A stretch of DNA of 64,000 bases from Rhodospirillaceae bacterium (GCA_963678075.2 CAXXPK010000005.1:148764-212763); one strand, 5' to 3'; counted from the first letter of the stretch, positions 30,411 through 39,996 are shown. Numbers and translations: made by a program. Notes: generated by a model from the sequence alone, not told the origin.

Positions 30411-32872
30411 CCACGCCGGTGGTTGCCGCCGACGATGCCGCCTGTCGCACGGCGGGGGCGTTGCTGAGACGGGGTGAACTGGTCGCCTTTCCCACCGAGA
30501 CCGTCTATGGCCTGGGCGGCAACGCCCTGGATGGCCGTGCCGTCGCCGCGATCTTCGCGGCGAAGGGGCGACCGTCCTTCAATCCCCTGATCGTTCATGT
30601 CGCGGACCCGGCGGATGCCCTGCCCCTGGCGGATTTCGGCGATGCCGCGCGGGCGTTGGCGCGGCGTTTCTGGCCGGGGCCGCTGACTCTGGTGCTGCCG
30701 CGCCGCGATGGTTGCGGGTTGTCCGATCTGGTCTCCGCCGGATTGCCCAGCGTCGCCATCCGCATGCCCGCTCATCCAGTGGCGCGGGCGATCATCGCCG
30801 CCGCCGGGTGTCCGGTGGCGGCGCCGTCGGCCAATCCCTCGGGGCGGGTCAGTCCGACCCGCGCCGCGCATGTGCGGGACGGGTTGGACGGTAAGATCGC
30901 GATGATCGTCGATGGCGGTCCCTGCGCGGTCGGCATTGAAAGCACGGTGTTGGATCTGACCGGCGACGCGCCTCGCGTGTTGCGTCCCGGCGGGGTGACG
31001 GCGGACCAGATTTCCGCGATCCTGGGGCGACCGGTGGCGATGGCGACGGTGGCGGACGGCCCGCTGTTGTCCCCCGGCATGCTGCGAAGCCACTACGCGC
31101 CGTCGCGGCCGGTGCGGCTGAACGCGGCCACGGCGGCGGTGGACGAGGCGCTGCTGGGGTTCGGCGATGCCCCGGACGCGGCTCTGAACCTGAGTCCGAC
31201 GGGCGATCTGGCGGAAGCGGCGGCCAATCTGTTCGCGATGCTGCGGGGGTTGGACGACGGGCCGCATCGGGGTATTGCGGTCTCTCCGATTCCCGAGCAT
31301 GGTCTGGGCATTGCGATCAACGACCGGCTGCGCCGCGCAGCGGCGCCGCGCGAGGTCGGTTTTTCACCTGCGTCGAGGAATATGATGAGCCAAGCGGACG
31401 GTTTCGTGGAGAGGTTGAAGGCCATCCTCGGGGGGGCCTTTGTCCTTACCGACGACCGCGACATGGACACCTATATGAACGAGGAACGCGGCCTGTTTCA
31501 TGGCCGCGCCCTGGCGGTGGTGCGCCCGGGATCGACGTCCGAGGTGGCGGCGACGGTCGCGGCCTGCGCCGCGGCGGGGGTCGGGGTGGTGCCGCAGGGC
31601 GGCAACACCGGTCTGGTCGGTGGCGCGGTCGCGGACGAACGCGCGGTGATCGTGTCGATGGGGCGGATGAACCGTATCCGTGGCGTCAACGCCGACGACT
31701 TCACGATGACGGTCGAGGCCGGGTGCGTGCTGCAGGACATCCGCGACGCAGCCGAGGCGGCGGGCTGTCTGTTCCCCCTAAGCCTGGGGGCGCAGGGGAG
31801 TTGCCAGATCGGCGGCAACCTGGCCACCAATGTCGGCGGCATCAACACCCTGCGTTACGGCACGGCGCGGGACAACGTGCTGGGGCTGGAGGTGGTGCTA
31901 CCCGATGGCCGCGTCTGGAACGGCCTGCGCGCCCTGACCAAGGACAACACCGGTTATTCGCTGCGCAACCTGTTCGTTGGTTCGGAAGGCACGCTGGGGA
32001 TCGTCACCGCCGCAGTTCTGAAGCTCTATCCCAAGCTGCGGGCGGTGGAAACCGCGTTCTGCGGTCTGTCCGACCTTGACGCGGCGTTGCTGCTTCTGGA
32101 TCGGGCGCGCCGCTTCAGCGGAGACTCGGTCTCGGCCTTCGAACTGATCTGCCGTACGGGGGTGGAGATGTCGACCATCCACCTGGCCGGGGTTCCCGAC
32201 CCGTTGGAAGATGCGTACCCGTGGTACGCGTTGATCGAGTTCTCCTCAACCAGCACCGATGGAGCCTTGCGCGAGACCTTCGAGAAGTTTCTGGAGTCCT
32301 CTTTCGAGGACGGCATCATCGTTGATGCGGTTATCGCCGAAAGCCTGGAACAGACGCGCACGCTGTGGCGTATCCGCGAGGAACTGCCCGAGGCACAGAA
32401 GCACGAAGGCGGCTCGATCAAGCACGATATTTCGGTGCCGGTGCGGTTGGTGCCGGATTTTATCCGCCGGGCCTCCGATGCCGTGGTCAAGGCGATGCCG
32501 GGGGTGCGTCCGATGCCGTTCGGCCACATGGGCGACGGCAATATCCATTTCAACGTGTCGCAGCCGGTCGGCGCGGACAAGGACGCCTATCTTGCCCGTT
32601 GGCACGAGATAGGCAGGATCGTCTACGACGTCGTTGACGAACTGGGTGGTTCCTTCTCGGCCGAGCATGGGGTGGGGCGGCTGAAGGTCGAGGATCTGGC
32701 GCGCTATCGCTCGGACGTGGAACTGGATCTTCTGAAGCGGATCAAGGTCGCGTTTGATCCGAACAACATCATGAATCCCGGCGTTTTCTTCGGCTTATCC
32801 GCCGGGGGAGGCGTCACGTTCCCGCGATCATTGCCGCGCCGTCGCCGCCGTTTCCGGGCGGCGGCGGATTGA
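30407..32872 (+). CDS. Single ORF joining L-threonylcarbamoyladenylate synthase (TsaC/Sua5, to ~31350) to an FAD-linked oxidase (GlcD/D-2-hydroxyacid dehydrogenase-like, from ~31382)
   Basis: N-terminal part: FPTETVYGLGGNA, KGRPSFNPLIVH, APSANPSGRVSPT. C-terminal part: VVRPGSTSEVAATVAACAAAGVGVVPQGGNTGLVGG, HGVGRLK. The ATG at 30407 overlaps the amrBA stop (ATGA). There is no stop between the two halves. Confidence 0.8.
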   Translation: MTTPVVAADDAACRTAGALLRRGELVAFPTETVYGLGGNALDGRAVAAIFAAKGRPSFNPLIVHVADPADALPLADFGDAARALARRFWPGPLTLVLPRRDGCGLSDLVSAGLPSVAIRMPAHPVARAIIAAAGCPVAAPSANPSGRVSPTRAAHVRDGLDGKIAMIVDGGPCAVGIESTVLDLTGDAPRVLRPGGVTADQISAILGRPVAMATVADGPLLSPGMLRSHYAPSRPVRLNAATAAVDEALLGFGDAPDAALNLSPTGDLAEAAANLFAMLRGLDDGPHRGIAVSPIPEHGLGIAINDRLRRAAAPREVGFSPASRNMMSQADGFVERLKAILGGAFVLTDDRDMDTYMNEERGLFHGRALAVVRPGSTSEVAATVAACAAAGVGVVPQGGNTGLVGGAVADERAVIVSMGRMNRIRGVNADDFTMTVEAGCVLQDIRDAAEAAGCLFPLSLGAQGSCQIGGNLATNVGGINTLRYGTARDNVLGLEVVLPDGRVWNGLRALTKDNTGYSLRNLFVGSEGTLGIVTAAVLKLYPKLRAVETAFCGLSDLDAALLLLDRARRFSGDSVSAFELICRTGVEMSTIHLAGVPDPLEDAYPWYALIEFSSTSTDGALRETFEKFLESSFEDGIIVDAVIAESLEQTRTLWRIREELPEAQKHEGGSIKHDISVPVRLVPDFIRRASDAVVKAMPGVRPMPFGHMGDGNIHFNVSQPVGADKDAYLARWHEIGRIVYDVVDELGGSFSAEHGVGRLKVEDLARYRSDVELDLLKRIKVAFDPNNIMNPGVFFGLSAGGGVTFPRSLPRRRRRFRAAAD

Positions 32873-32912
32873 TCACCGCCCGGACCCCTTCGCGCAGGGC
32901 CAGGGCCACCGC

Positions 32913-33531
32913 CTAGGTGCGGTTGGTGGCGCCGATCTTACGGAAGACGTTGCGCAGGTGCGATTTGAATAGTGATCTCGGTCAGCCCCAGGATCTTGGC
33001 GATTTCCTTGTTGGAGGCACCGCCCACCAGTTGCGTCAGGATTTCGTATTCGCGCTGGGTCAGCACCGACAGCGGCGACCGCTCGTGCGGCAGCGCGGAT
33101 GACGGTTCACCCCCCATTCGCGGTTCGGTGGCCTCGGCGGTCAGCACTTCCGGCGGGTAATAGGGAACGCCGCACAGGATCAGACGCAGGGCATGCATCA
33201 TCGCGGTGCCGTTCAACGACTTCGGCAAGTATCCGGAAACGCCCAGTCGCATGGCTTCCAGGACATTGCCGCGCGTTACCCAGTCGGTGACGATGACGAT
33301 GCGGCAATCGGGGGAGGCGCGGCGCAAACGCAGCACGCCGTCGATGCCGTCCATTCCGGGCATTTTAAGATCCAGCAAGACCAAATCCGGTCGTTCCGCC
33401 GCCATGATTTCATGTGTCGAAGGGTAGTCAAAGGATTCGAGGATGTTCACATCATCGGCGACTTTGGAGACGAAAGGTTTCAGGCCGTCCCGCAATAGCG
33501 CATGATCATCGGCGATCAAGACTTTCATCAT
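32913..33531 (-). pseudogene. NarL/FixJ-type response regulator (REC and LuxR HTH) with a frameshift and an amber codon in the HTH
   Basis: MMKVLIADDHALLRDGL..DLVLLDLKMPGMDG..LTQREYEILTQLVGGASNKEIAKILGLTEITI is intact. The expected KSHLRNVFRKIGATNRT is in the -1 frame (extra T near 32966-32972). It runs into TAG at 32913-32915, where NRTQAVALALREGV is expected. Confidence 0.8.
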
Positions 33532-33673
33532 GCAGTCTCCTTATCGGCTGGTGCACGGAGCGCGCGTCGAAGGCGACGGACTGTATACCGCACCAGAATG
33601 ATACCTTGCCCGGTTTTGGGCAAGTATCTGCTTCGAAAGAATGATGTGGACAAGTTTTGCGCCGCGCCTTCGA

Positions 33674-34093
33674 TCATGCCAGCGATCGTAGGGTTTTGGC
33701 AAGTTCGCGCAGGGATACCGGTTTGCGCAGGATGACGTCGGCGCCGTTTTCCACCTCCGCCAGCGCGATGCGGTCGTGCAGGGGTTGTCCGGTGATGACG
33801 ATGGTGGCGATGTGCGGGTGCTCGGCGGCGACCTCGGCGATCAGTTGAAAGCCGTCGCCGTCGGGCATCTGAAGATCGGTGATCAGAATATCGATGTGGT
33901 GTCGCAACAGGTGGTCGCGGGCCTTCCGGCCGCTGACGGCGGTCAGAACGACGTATCCGGTCCTCTTCAGAAAGGCGGCGAGTTCACCGACGGCCAGGGT
34001 TTCGTCATCGACCACCAGGATGGATAACGGGTCCGTTGACGGTTGCAGCGGTTCGGTGGTTGTGGTGTTTCCTCGCTCAGGTTCAGGCCCCAT
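33674..34093 (-). CDS. Single-domain CheY-like response regulator; 5' end abuts or is replaced by the IS copy A terminus
   Basis: LSILVVDDETLAVGELAAFL..IDILITDLQMPDGDGF..VILRKPVSLRELA. The only in-frame ATG (34093) lies inside the IS terminal repeat (..CCCCATTAA on the plus strand). Confidence 0.6.
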   Translation of the reverse strand: MGPEPERGNTTTTEPLQPSTDPLSILVVDDETLAVGELAAFLKRTGYVVLTAVSGRKARDHLLRHHIDILITDLQMPDGDGFQLIAEVAAEHPHIATIVITGQPLHDRIALAEVENGADVILRKPVSLRELAKTLRSLA

Positions 34094-34622
34094 TAAATTA
34101 TTGTCAGGCAGATCGGCGGCTGATTCCCTCATGGGAGGGAGGACCCCATCCATGAGTGATCTGTTTTGGTTGTCAGAGAGGCAGCTGGCGAAGATTGAGC
34201 CGCATTTCCCGCTATCGCATGGCGTGCCGCAGGTTGATGATCGATGCAACCCACCTGAAAGCTCATCGGACCGCCGCGAGCCTCCATAAAAAGGGGCTCT
34301 TCCCCGATGTATCGGACGCACAAAAGGCGGGCTGAACTCCAAGCTTCATGCGGTTTGCGACGGACAAGGAAGGCCCCTCATCCTGCTGCTCAGCGAAGGA
34401 TCGCTACATGCATCCCGCCAATGCGTCATCGCAAAACCCAGCACGCTTACGACAAAATCCTCTATCGCCAGCGTCATAGGATCGAGAACCTCTTCGCTCG
34501 CCTCAAGGATTGGCGGCGTATCCAGACCCGATATGACCAATGCGCGGATATCTTCTTTGCCGCCGTCATCATCGCGGTACTCCTCCTCTTCTGGATCGAA
34601 CCTTAATGGGTCCTGAGCCTAG
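34076..34622 (+). mobile_element. IS copy A: internally deleted derivative of the IS5-family (IS427-like) element
   Basis: It has the same termini and ORF sequence as copies B and C. It lacks 185 bp between two GGTTGATGATCG repeats (junction 34232-34243) and 121 bp between two CAGCGAGGG repeats (junction ~34391-34399). Confidence 0.9.
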
Positions 34623-34854
34623 CCGACGTCGCTCGGCCATAGATAAGCGCACCACCCGCCATCCCGGCTATACCGCCTCCATTCGCATCCGCAAGCGGAT
34701 CGAGGAAGCCTTTGGCTGGATCAAGACAGTCGCAGGGATGCGGAAAACCAAACTGCGCGGCCTTGATAAGGTGGATTGGGCCTTCGCCTTCTCGGCAGCC
34801 GCCTACAATCTGCTGCGACCACCCAAACTGCTGGCAGGGGAGATGCCCACATGA
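34623..34854 (+). pseudogene. C-terminal fragment of a different DDE transposase (IS5/IS1182-type)
   Basis: RIRKRIEEAFGWIKTVAGMRKTKLRGLDKVDWAFAFSAAAYNLLR is a typical transposase C-terminus. The upstream part is cut off by IS copy A. Confidence 0.75.
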
Positions 34855-35195
34855 AGCGCCCGCCCGCCTTTGCCAAAGTCTTCGAAGGCCGCTGGAGCAT
34901 CGTCGAGATGGACACTTGGCCAGATGATCATCTCGACCTTCTGGAGCCCGCCCACATTACCTTTGGTGGCGCCTCTGATGGCGAACTGGTGTTCGGCGCG
35001 GTCAAGAGATGGCTCGACGTGCGTTACGGGAGCCGGGATGGTGCCGTCTGCGCCGAATTCTCGTGGGAAGGCCACAACGACGCCGATATTGCTTGCGGGA
35101 GAGGATGGGTCGCCCTCGGCACTGCTGGCCGATTGGTTGGCCACATCTACATCCATAGCAGCGATGAATCAGGCTTCGTCTGCGAGCCACTCTGA
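34851..35195 (+). CDS. Hypothetical protein coupled to the transposase fragment (ATGA overlap)
   Basis: MKRPPAFAKVFEGRWSIVEMDTWPDD..EFSWEGHNDADIACGRGW. It resembles a small conserved family seen near IS elements. Function unknown. Confidence 0.55.
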   Translation: MKRPPAFAKVFEGRWSIVEMDTWPDDHLDLLEPAHITFGGASDGELVFGAVKRWLDVRYGSRDGAVCAEFSWEGHNDADIACGRGWVALGTAGRLVGHIYIHSSDESGFVCEPL

Positions 35196-35538
35196 CTTCT
35201 TCAACACCCTGGTAAGTACGGGACCGATTAAAATCGCCGTGACCCACGTTTCGGGTGCGCTCAGCTACGTGCAGAAGAACTTCGTGAAGACCTTGGTCGG
35301 TTCCGCCCTGCACTGGGGCGTGGTGCAGAAGAATTCGTCGCAGATTCACGCGGTGATTCATGCCGGATTGGAAGCCATGCGCGGCATCACGCCGCTGGTT
35401 GCCGGGGAAAGCCAGTTGAAGATCAAGGTGGCGATCGCCCAGGACAGCAAGTGGCTGGTGGTGGCGGCCTATGGCGAATCGGCCTTTCACCCTGAAACCA
35501 ACCATGAACGGATGGGCTTTGGCATCATGCATCTGTGA
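35164..35538 (+). CDS. HutP-family protein (possibly N-terminally truncated)
   Basis: IHAVIHAGLEAMRGIT and WLVVAAYGESAFHPETNHERMGFGIMHL align with B. subtilis HutP SHALYHATMEALHGVT and WIAVSLYGTIGAPIKGLEHETFGVGINHI (from memory). The start is uncertain, and the frame is open back to 34870. Confidence 0.55.
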   Translation: MNQASSASHSDFFNTLVSTGPIKIAVTHVSGALSYVQKNFVKTLVGSALHWGVVQKNSSQIHAVIHAGLEAMRGITPLVAGESQLKIKVAIAQDSKWLVVAAYGESAFHPETNHERMGFGIMHL

Positions 35539-35678
35539 CGGGCGGGTTTGACCGGAGTGTGTACAGCCGTTACGATGCTCTCCGTCGGCGCGCCCCGTGG
35601 TTGGCGATCGCGCCTCGGACCCGGGGGAAGGCCCTTGCTGCCGTTGCTTCTGGGTGGATTCATCTTAGGACGCATGCA

Positions 35679-36200
35679 ATGCCCGTTTTTCGTAAGTTTC
35701 GCACCCTTGTCGCGGGCGGCGTGATCGCGGCGGCGTTGACCGCGGCGGCGCCGTCCGGCGCGTTGGCCGCTTCAGCCAAGGACGGCGACAAGTTCGGCGA
35801 CTGGACCGCCGCATGTTCCGGCGCGCCGAATGCGGCGGCGCCGGTCTGCCATTTGATGCAGATCGTACCGATCACTTCCAAGGACGGCAAGCCGGCTTCC
35901 GTTCTTAAGGCGGCGGTTTTCCACATGTCCGCGAAGGAATACGTGCTGTTCGGTTATTTGCCGCTGGGCTACACGATCGAGCCGGGCGTGAAGGTTTCCG
36001 TCGATGGCGGCAAGGCCTTCCAGATGTATGCGCAACGCTGCGTCCTACAGGGATGCGAAGTTGCATTGAAGCTTGAAGGCGCCTTCCTTGCCCAGATGAA
36101 AAAGGGCAAGGAGGCGAAGATCGAATTCCACATCGGCGATAAGATCGGCACTATCTCGGTGTCGCTGAAGGGCCTGAACGAGGCGCTGTCCAAGTTCTGA
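35679..36200 (+). CDS. Invasion-associated locus B (IalB) family periplasmic protein
   Basis: Signal peptide MPVFRKFRTLVAGGVIAAALTAAAPSGALA, then FGDWTAACS, CHLMQ, QRCVLQGCEV. Confidence 0.8.
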   Translation: MPVFRKFRTLVAGGVIAAALTAAAPSGALAASAKDGDKFGDWTAACSGAPNAAAPVCHLMQIVPITSKDGKPASVLKAAVFHMSAKEYVLFGYLPLGYTIEPGVKVSVDGGKAFQMYAQRCVLQGCEVALKLEGAFLAQMKKGKEAKIEFHIGDKIGTISVSLKGLNEALSKF

Positions 36201-36221
36201 TCGTGCCGTTTGCGACCGAAA

Positions 36222-36254
36222 AGACAAAGGCCCCGGTTTCGGGGCCTTTGTCTT
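36222..36254. terminator. Hairpin terminator between ialB and tRNA-Leu
   Basis: AGACAAAGGCCCCG / CGGGGCCTTTGTCT is a perfect 14-bp stem with a GTTT loop, followed by TTTGG. Confidence 0.75.
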
Positions 36255-36262
36255 TGGTGGCG

Positions 36263-36351
36263 TGGTGCCCGCTGCCGGAGTCGAACCGGCACGCCCGTTA
36301 CCGAGCTACGGATTTTAAGTCCGTTATGTCTACCAATTCCATCAAGCGGGC
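36263..36351 (-). tRNA. tRNA-Leu (anticodon TAA), long variable arm
   Basis: The reverse complement reads GCCCGCTTGATGGAATTGGTAGACATAACGGACTTAAAATCCGT..GGTTCGACTCCGGCAGCGGGCACCA. The anticodon loop is CTTAAAA. Confidence 0.9.
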
Positions 36352-36466
36352 CCCGCCCGCGACCCTAAACGTTTTGGCGGTATCCTGACAAGAGGCGGAC
36401 GGGTGCTTGCGTCCGCATTCCGGCGGGGTTAGGTTCCCTACGCGCATTCTTTCCGGTGGCGGACCG

Positions 36467-37141
36467 ATGATCGAAATCGACGGCGTTACCCAACGGTTCG
36501 GCGACCTGACCGTTCTTGACCTCTTGACCCTGACCCTGACCGAGCGGCGGATCGCGGTGGTCGGCGCCAATGGCTCCGGCAAAAGCACCTTCGCCCGCCT
36601 GCTCAACGGCCTGATCGTTCCCACCGAGGGCGAGGTTCGCGTTGACGGTCTGTCCACCTCCCGCGAGGCCCGCGCGGTGCGGCGCAAGGTGGGGTTCGTC
36701 TTCCAGAACCCCGACAATCAGATCGTCTATCCCCTGGTCGAAGAAGACATCGCCTTCGGTTTAAAGAATCTGAAGCTGCCGAAGCCGGAGATCGCCGCCC
36801 GCGTCGATGCGGTGCTGGCCCGCTATGGCATGGAGGAGCTGCGCCAGCGCTCGGCGCATTTGCTGTCCGGTGGGCAAAAGCAGATGCTGGCGATTTCCTC
36901 GGTTTTGGTGATGGACCCCGCCTATGTCGTCTTCGACGAGCCGACCACGCTGTTGGATTTGCGCAACAAGCGCCGCGTCGCCCGCGCCATTGCCGAACTG
37001 CCGCAGGTCGCGGTGGTGGTCTCTCACGATCTGGAGTTCCTGGCCGATTTCGATCGCGTTCTGGTGTTCGAGGATGGGCGCGTCGTCTGTGACGCGCCCC
37101 CGGCGGCGGCGGTGCCGTTCTATCGCGATCTGATGGCGTAA
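36467..37141 (+). CDS. bioM: ECF transporter ATPase (BioM-type)
   Basis: Motifs [24 protein letters not shown]. It is followed by T and BioY components. The MIEIDG start at 36467 lies inside ORF 36407..37141. Confidence 0.85.
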   Translation: MIEIDGVTQRFGDLTVLDLLTLTLTERRIAVVGANGSGKSTFARLLNGLIVPTEGEVRVDGLSTSREARAVRRKVGFVFQNPDNQIVYPLVEEDIAFGLKNLKLPKPEIAARVDAVLARYGMEELRQRSAHLLSGGQKQMLAISSVLVMDPAYVVFDEPTTLLDLRNKRRVARAIAELPQVAVVVSHDLEFLADFDRVLVFEDGRVVCDAPPAAAVPFYRDLMA

Positions 37142-37145
37142 GCCG

Positions 37146-37745
37146 ATGTTCGAAATCCGCCTGAGCCGCATCACTTGGTTGCACCGGGTTCCCGCCGGGG
37201 TCAAGCTGTTGGTTCTGGCGCTGGCTGGCGCCGTGGTGTTTCTGACCGACGATCCGCGCGTCTTGGGCGGTTTTGTCGGCTTTGCCTTGGCGTTGCCTCT
37301 GCTGGCTTGGCTGCCGTTCGGTCCGGTGCTGCGGCAAATTATTCCGGCGGCAATCCTGATCGCGGCGCTGGCGACGTTTCACGTCGCCCTGGGCGATCCC
37401 GGAACCGCCGCCTTGGTGGCGGCGCGCCTGGGTACGGTGATCCTGTTGGCGGTGGCTCTGACCTTGACCACCCGCGCCTCGGCGATGGTGGAGGCATTGG
37501 AAAGAGGCCTGACACCGCTTAGGTTCGTGGGGGTGTCGCCCGCCAAGGTGGGGTTGATGCTGTCGCTGGCGACCCGCTTCATTCCGGTGCTGTTCGCGCT
37601 GACCGCGGAAATCCGCGAGGCGCAGAAGGCTCGAGGGCTGGAAGGTAACGTGTTCGCGGTAGCGATGCCGCTGTTGGTGCGGACGCTGCGGATGGCCGAC
37701 GATCTGGCCGAGGCGATCGCCGCCCGCGCCTACGACGGCGAGTGA
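37146..37745 (+). CDS. bioN: ECF transporter transmembrane (T) component (BioN/CbiQ family)
   Basis: 199-aa membrane protein with the ARG..G-type motif (EIREAQKARGLEG). Confidence 0.8.
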   Translation: MFEIRLSRITWLHRVPAGVKLLVLALAGAVVFLTDDPRVLGGFVGFALALPLLAWLPFGPVLRQIIPAAILIAALATFHVALGDPGTAALVAARLGTVILLAVALTLTTRASAMVEALERGLTPLRFVGVSPAKVGLMLSLATRFIPVLFALTAEIREAQKARGLEGNVFAVAMPLLVRTLRMADDLAEAIAARAYDGE

Positions 37746-37762
37746 GGGGAAGGGAAAGCCGA

Positions 37763-38305
37763 ATGACGGTCAAGGACATGGTCTATGCCGCGCTGTTCGC
37801 GGCGCTGACGGCGGCCCTGGGGCTGTTGCCGATGGTCGTGGTGCCGGGCATTACCGCGCCGGTCACCGTGCAAAGTCTGGGCGTGATGCTCTCGGGTGGG
37901 GTGCCGGGGGCGAAACGTGGCGCCCTGGCGCAGGCGGTGTTCATGGCCCTGGTCGTCGCCGGTCTGCCGTTGCTGGCGGGCGGGCGCGGCGGTATCGGCA
38001 TTTTCATTGGGCCGACCGGCGGTTTCGCGATCGGCTATGTCCTGGGGGCGTTCGTTACCGGCTGGCTGACCGAGCGCCTGTGGGTCGGGTTGAACCTGCC
38101 GCGCGCCGCCCTTGCCTGTGTCGTCGGTGGCATCGGCATGGTCTATCTGCTGGGGATTCCGTGGATGGGCGCGGTGGCGAGGATCGGGCTGGCCAAGGCG
38201 GCGATGGGGTCTCTGGTCTTTCTGCCCGGAGACTTGGTCAAGGCGGTGTTGGCCGCGATGGTGATCGTGGCGGTGAAAAAGGCGTACCCCATCATCAAGC
38301 GCTAG
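37763..38305 (+). CDS. bioY: Biotin transporter S component BioY
   Basis: Motifs PVTVQSLGVMLSGG and GPTGGFAIGYVLGA. The start MTVKDMVY lies inside ORF 37742..38305. Confidence 0.88.
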   Translation: MTVKDMVYAALFAALTAALGLLPMVVVPGITAPVTVQSLGVMLSGGVPGAKRGALAQAVFMALVVAGLPLLAGGRGGIGIFIGPTGGFAIGYVLGAFVTGWLTERLWVGLNLPRAALACVVGGIGMVYLLGIPWMGAVARIGLAKAAMGSLVFLPGDLVKAVLAAMVIVAVKKAYPIIKR

Positions 38306-38420
38306 ATCCCATTTTCAGGCATCGCGGCGTTGGGTTCCGTTTCCCGCGATCCGATACGCCGTCGGGCCAAGGCGGGGTGCGCCTTGGCCCGATCTATTTT
38401 TGGTCAAGGGTGACGGTGGC

Positions 38421-38957
38421 TTACTTCGGCATCGAGCCGAGCTTGACGCCGTCCGGATAGTATTCCCACCCGTCGCGGATTTTGATCTTGGCGTCCCACG
38501 GCAGCTTGTACTTGCCCTCGGCCAGGTCGCGCACCCAGGTCAGGTAATTGGCGTGTTCGCCACCCGGCTTGCCGACATAGGCACGGCAGCCCAGGTTGAA
38601 AATGTTGTTTTCCAGCGCCCAATTTTCGCGGGCCTTATCGACCAGACGCGGGAACAGCTCGGCGGTGACGCTTTCCCACGGATTGCGGTGGCCCTGCTGG
38701 ATGACGTTGCCGTCGTAATTGCAGATCGTGCCCTCGCTGAAGTAATAGAACACCTCGTCATAGCTGGCCAGGTTGACGGCCAGGGTGTACATCAGGTCCA
38801 GACCGGGATATCCAGCCTTGGTGTTGTCGATGGTTCTGCAGATTTGATCGACCTGAACCTTGATGTCCTCTGGGGCGTGAATGACCGGCACCGGATATTG
38901 AATCAATGCGGTCAGCAAAGATTTTTCCCAAGAGCTTACACTTCCAGTGCTGCCCAT
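38421..38957 (-). pseudogene. amiF: Formamidase AmiF (nitrilase superfamily) with the catalytic core deleted in frame
   Basis: [30 protein letters not shown] is joined directly to [47 protein letters not shown]. Compared with Helicobacter AmiF (from memory), about 170 central residues are absent, including the Glu-Lys-Cys triad. Confidence 0.8.
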
Positions 38958-38971
38958 GTCGGATGCTCCGT

Positions 38972-39825
38972 CTAGGCTCAGGACCCATTAAATTATTGTC
39001 AGGCAGATCGGCGGCTGATTCACTCATGGGAGGGAGGACCCCATCCATGAGTGATCTGTTTTGGTTGTCAGAGAGGCAGTTGGCGAAGATCGAGCCGCAT
39101 TTCCCGCTATCGCATGGCGTGCTGCGGGTTGATGATCGGCGAGTGATCAGCGGCATCGTTCATGTGATCCGCAACGGCTTACGGTGGCGAGATGCACCAC
39201 CCGTCTATGGCCCCCACAAAACCCTCTATAATCGTTTCGTTTGCTGGAGCCGACTTGGGGTGTTCAGCCGGATCTTCGCGGCCTTGACGGGAGAGGCTGG
39301 CCCTCCAGACCGGTTGATGATCGATGCAACCCACCTGAAAGCTCATCGGACCGCCGCGAGCCTCTATAAAAAGGGGCTCTTCCCCGATGTATCGGACGCA
39401 CAAAAGGCGGGCTGAACTCCAAGCTTCATGCGATTTGCGACGAACAAGGAAGGCCCCTCATCCTGCTGCTCAGCGAGGGGTAAATGAGCGATTACAAAGG
39501 CGCGATGCTGTTGCTCGACCTATTTCCCAAGGCCAACGTCCTGATCGCCGACAAGGGCTATGACGGTGATCCCCTTCGAGAGGCTTTGACACAGCGAGGG
39601 ATCGCTACATGCATCCCGCCAATGCGTCATCGCAAAACCCAGTACGCTTACGACAAAACCCTCTATCGCCAGCGTCATAGGATCGAGAACCTCTTCGCTC
39701 GCCTCAAGGATTGGCGGCGTATCCACACCCGATATGACCGATGCGCGGATATCTTCTTTGCCGCCGTCATCATCGCGGTACTCCTCCTCTTCTGGATCGA
39801 ACCTTAATGAGTCCTGGGCCTGGAG
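38972..39825 (+). mobile_element. IS copy B: IS5-family (IS427-like) element, full length but mutated
   Basis: Left end CTAGGCTCAGGACCCATTAA. The right end TTAATGAGTCCTGGGCCTGG has two changes from copy C. About 10 substitutions separate it from copy C, all transitions by eye. Confidence 0.9.
39047..39807 (+). pseudogene. IS copy B transposase (orfA, -1 frameshift, orfB) with an ochre codon
   Basis: orfA is MSDLFWLSERQLAKIEPHF..IDATHLKAHRTAASLYKK. The A5G slip site is at 39368-39373. orfB is GALPRCIGRTKGGLNSKLH..SEG, then TAA (39481-39483) where copy C has CAA, then MSDYKGA..ADKGYD..RHRIENLFARLKDWR. Confidence 0.85.
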
Positions 39826-39996
39826 TGTTTCACAAAGCAAGGCCCCCAAAAACACTTAAACAGGAGAGGCTATAGACCTCGTGACCCCAATGCCGTGTCC
39901 TGATGAGCGCCTTGAACAGGGAACATCCTCTTGGATGCACACCGCATTCTGAATACGTGGTTTAGCGTAGACTCCACCGAGCCCTTCCTTTCGTCC

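Noticed and set aside
33532-36262. tRNA-Leu-anchored genomic island covering the REC gene, IS debris, the HutP-like gene and ialB.
   Set aside because: The region is adjacent to the tRNA 3' end and is mosaic. However, I found no direct repeat of the tRNA 3' segment (att site) and no integrase gene. Island boundaries cannot be supported from the sequence.
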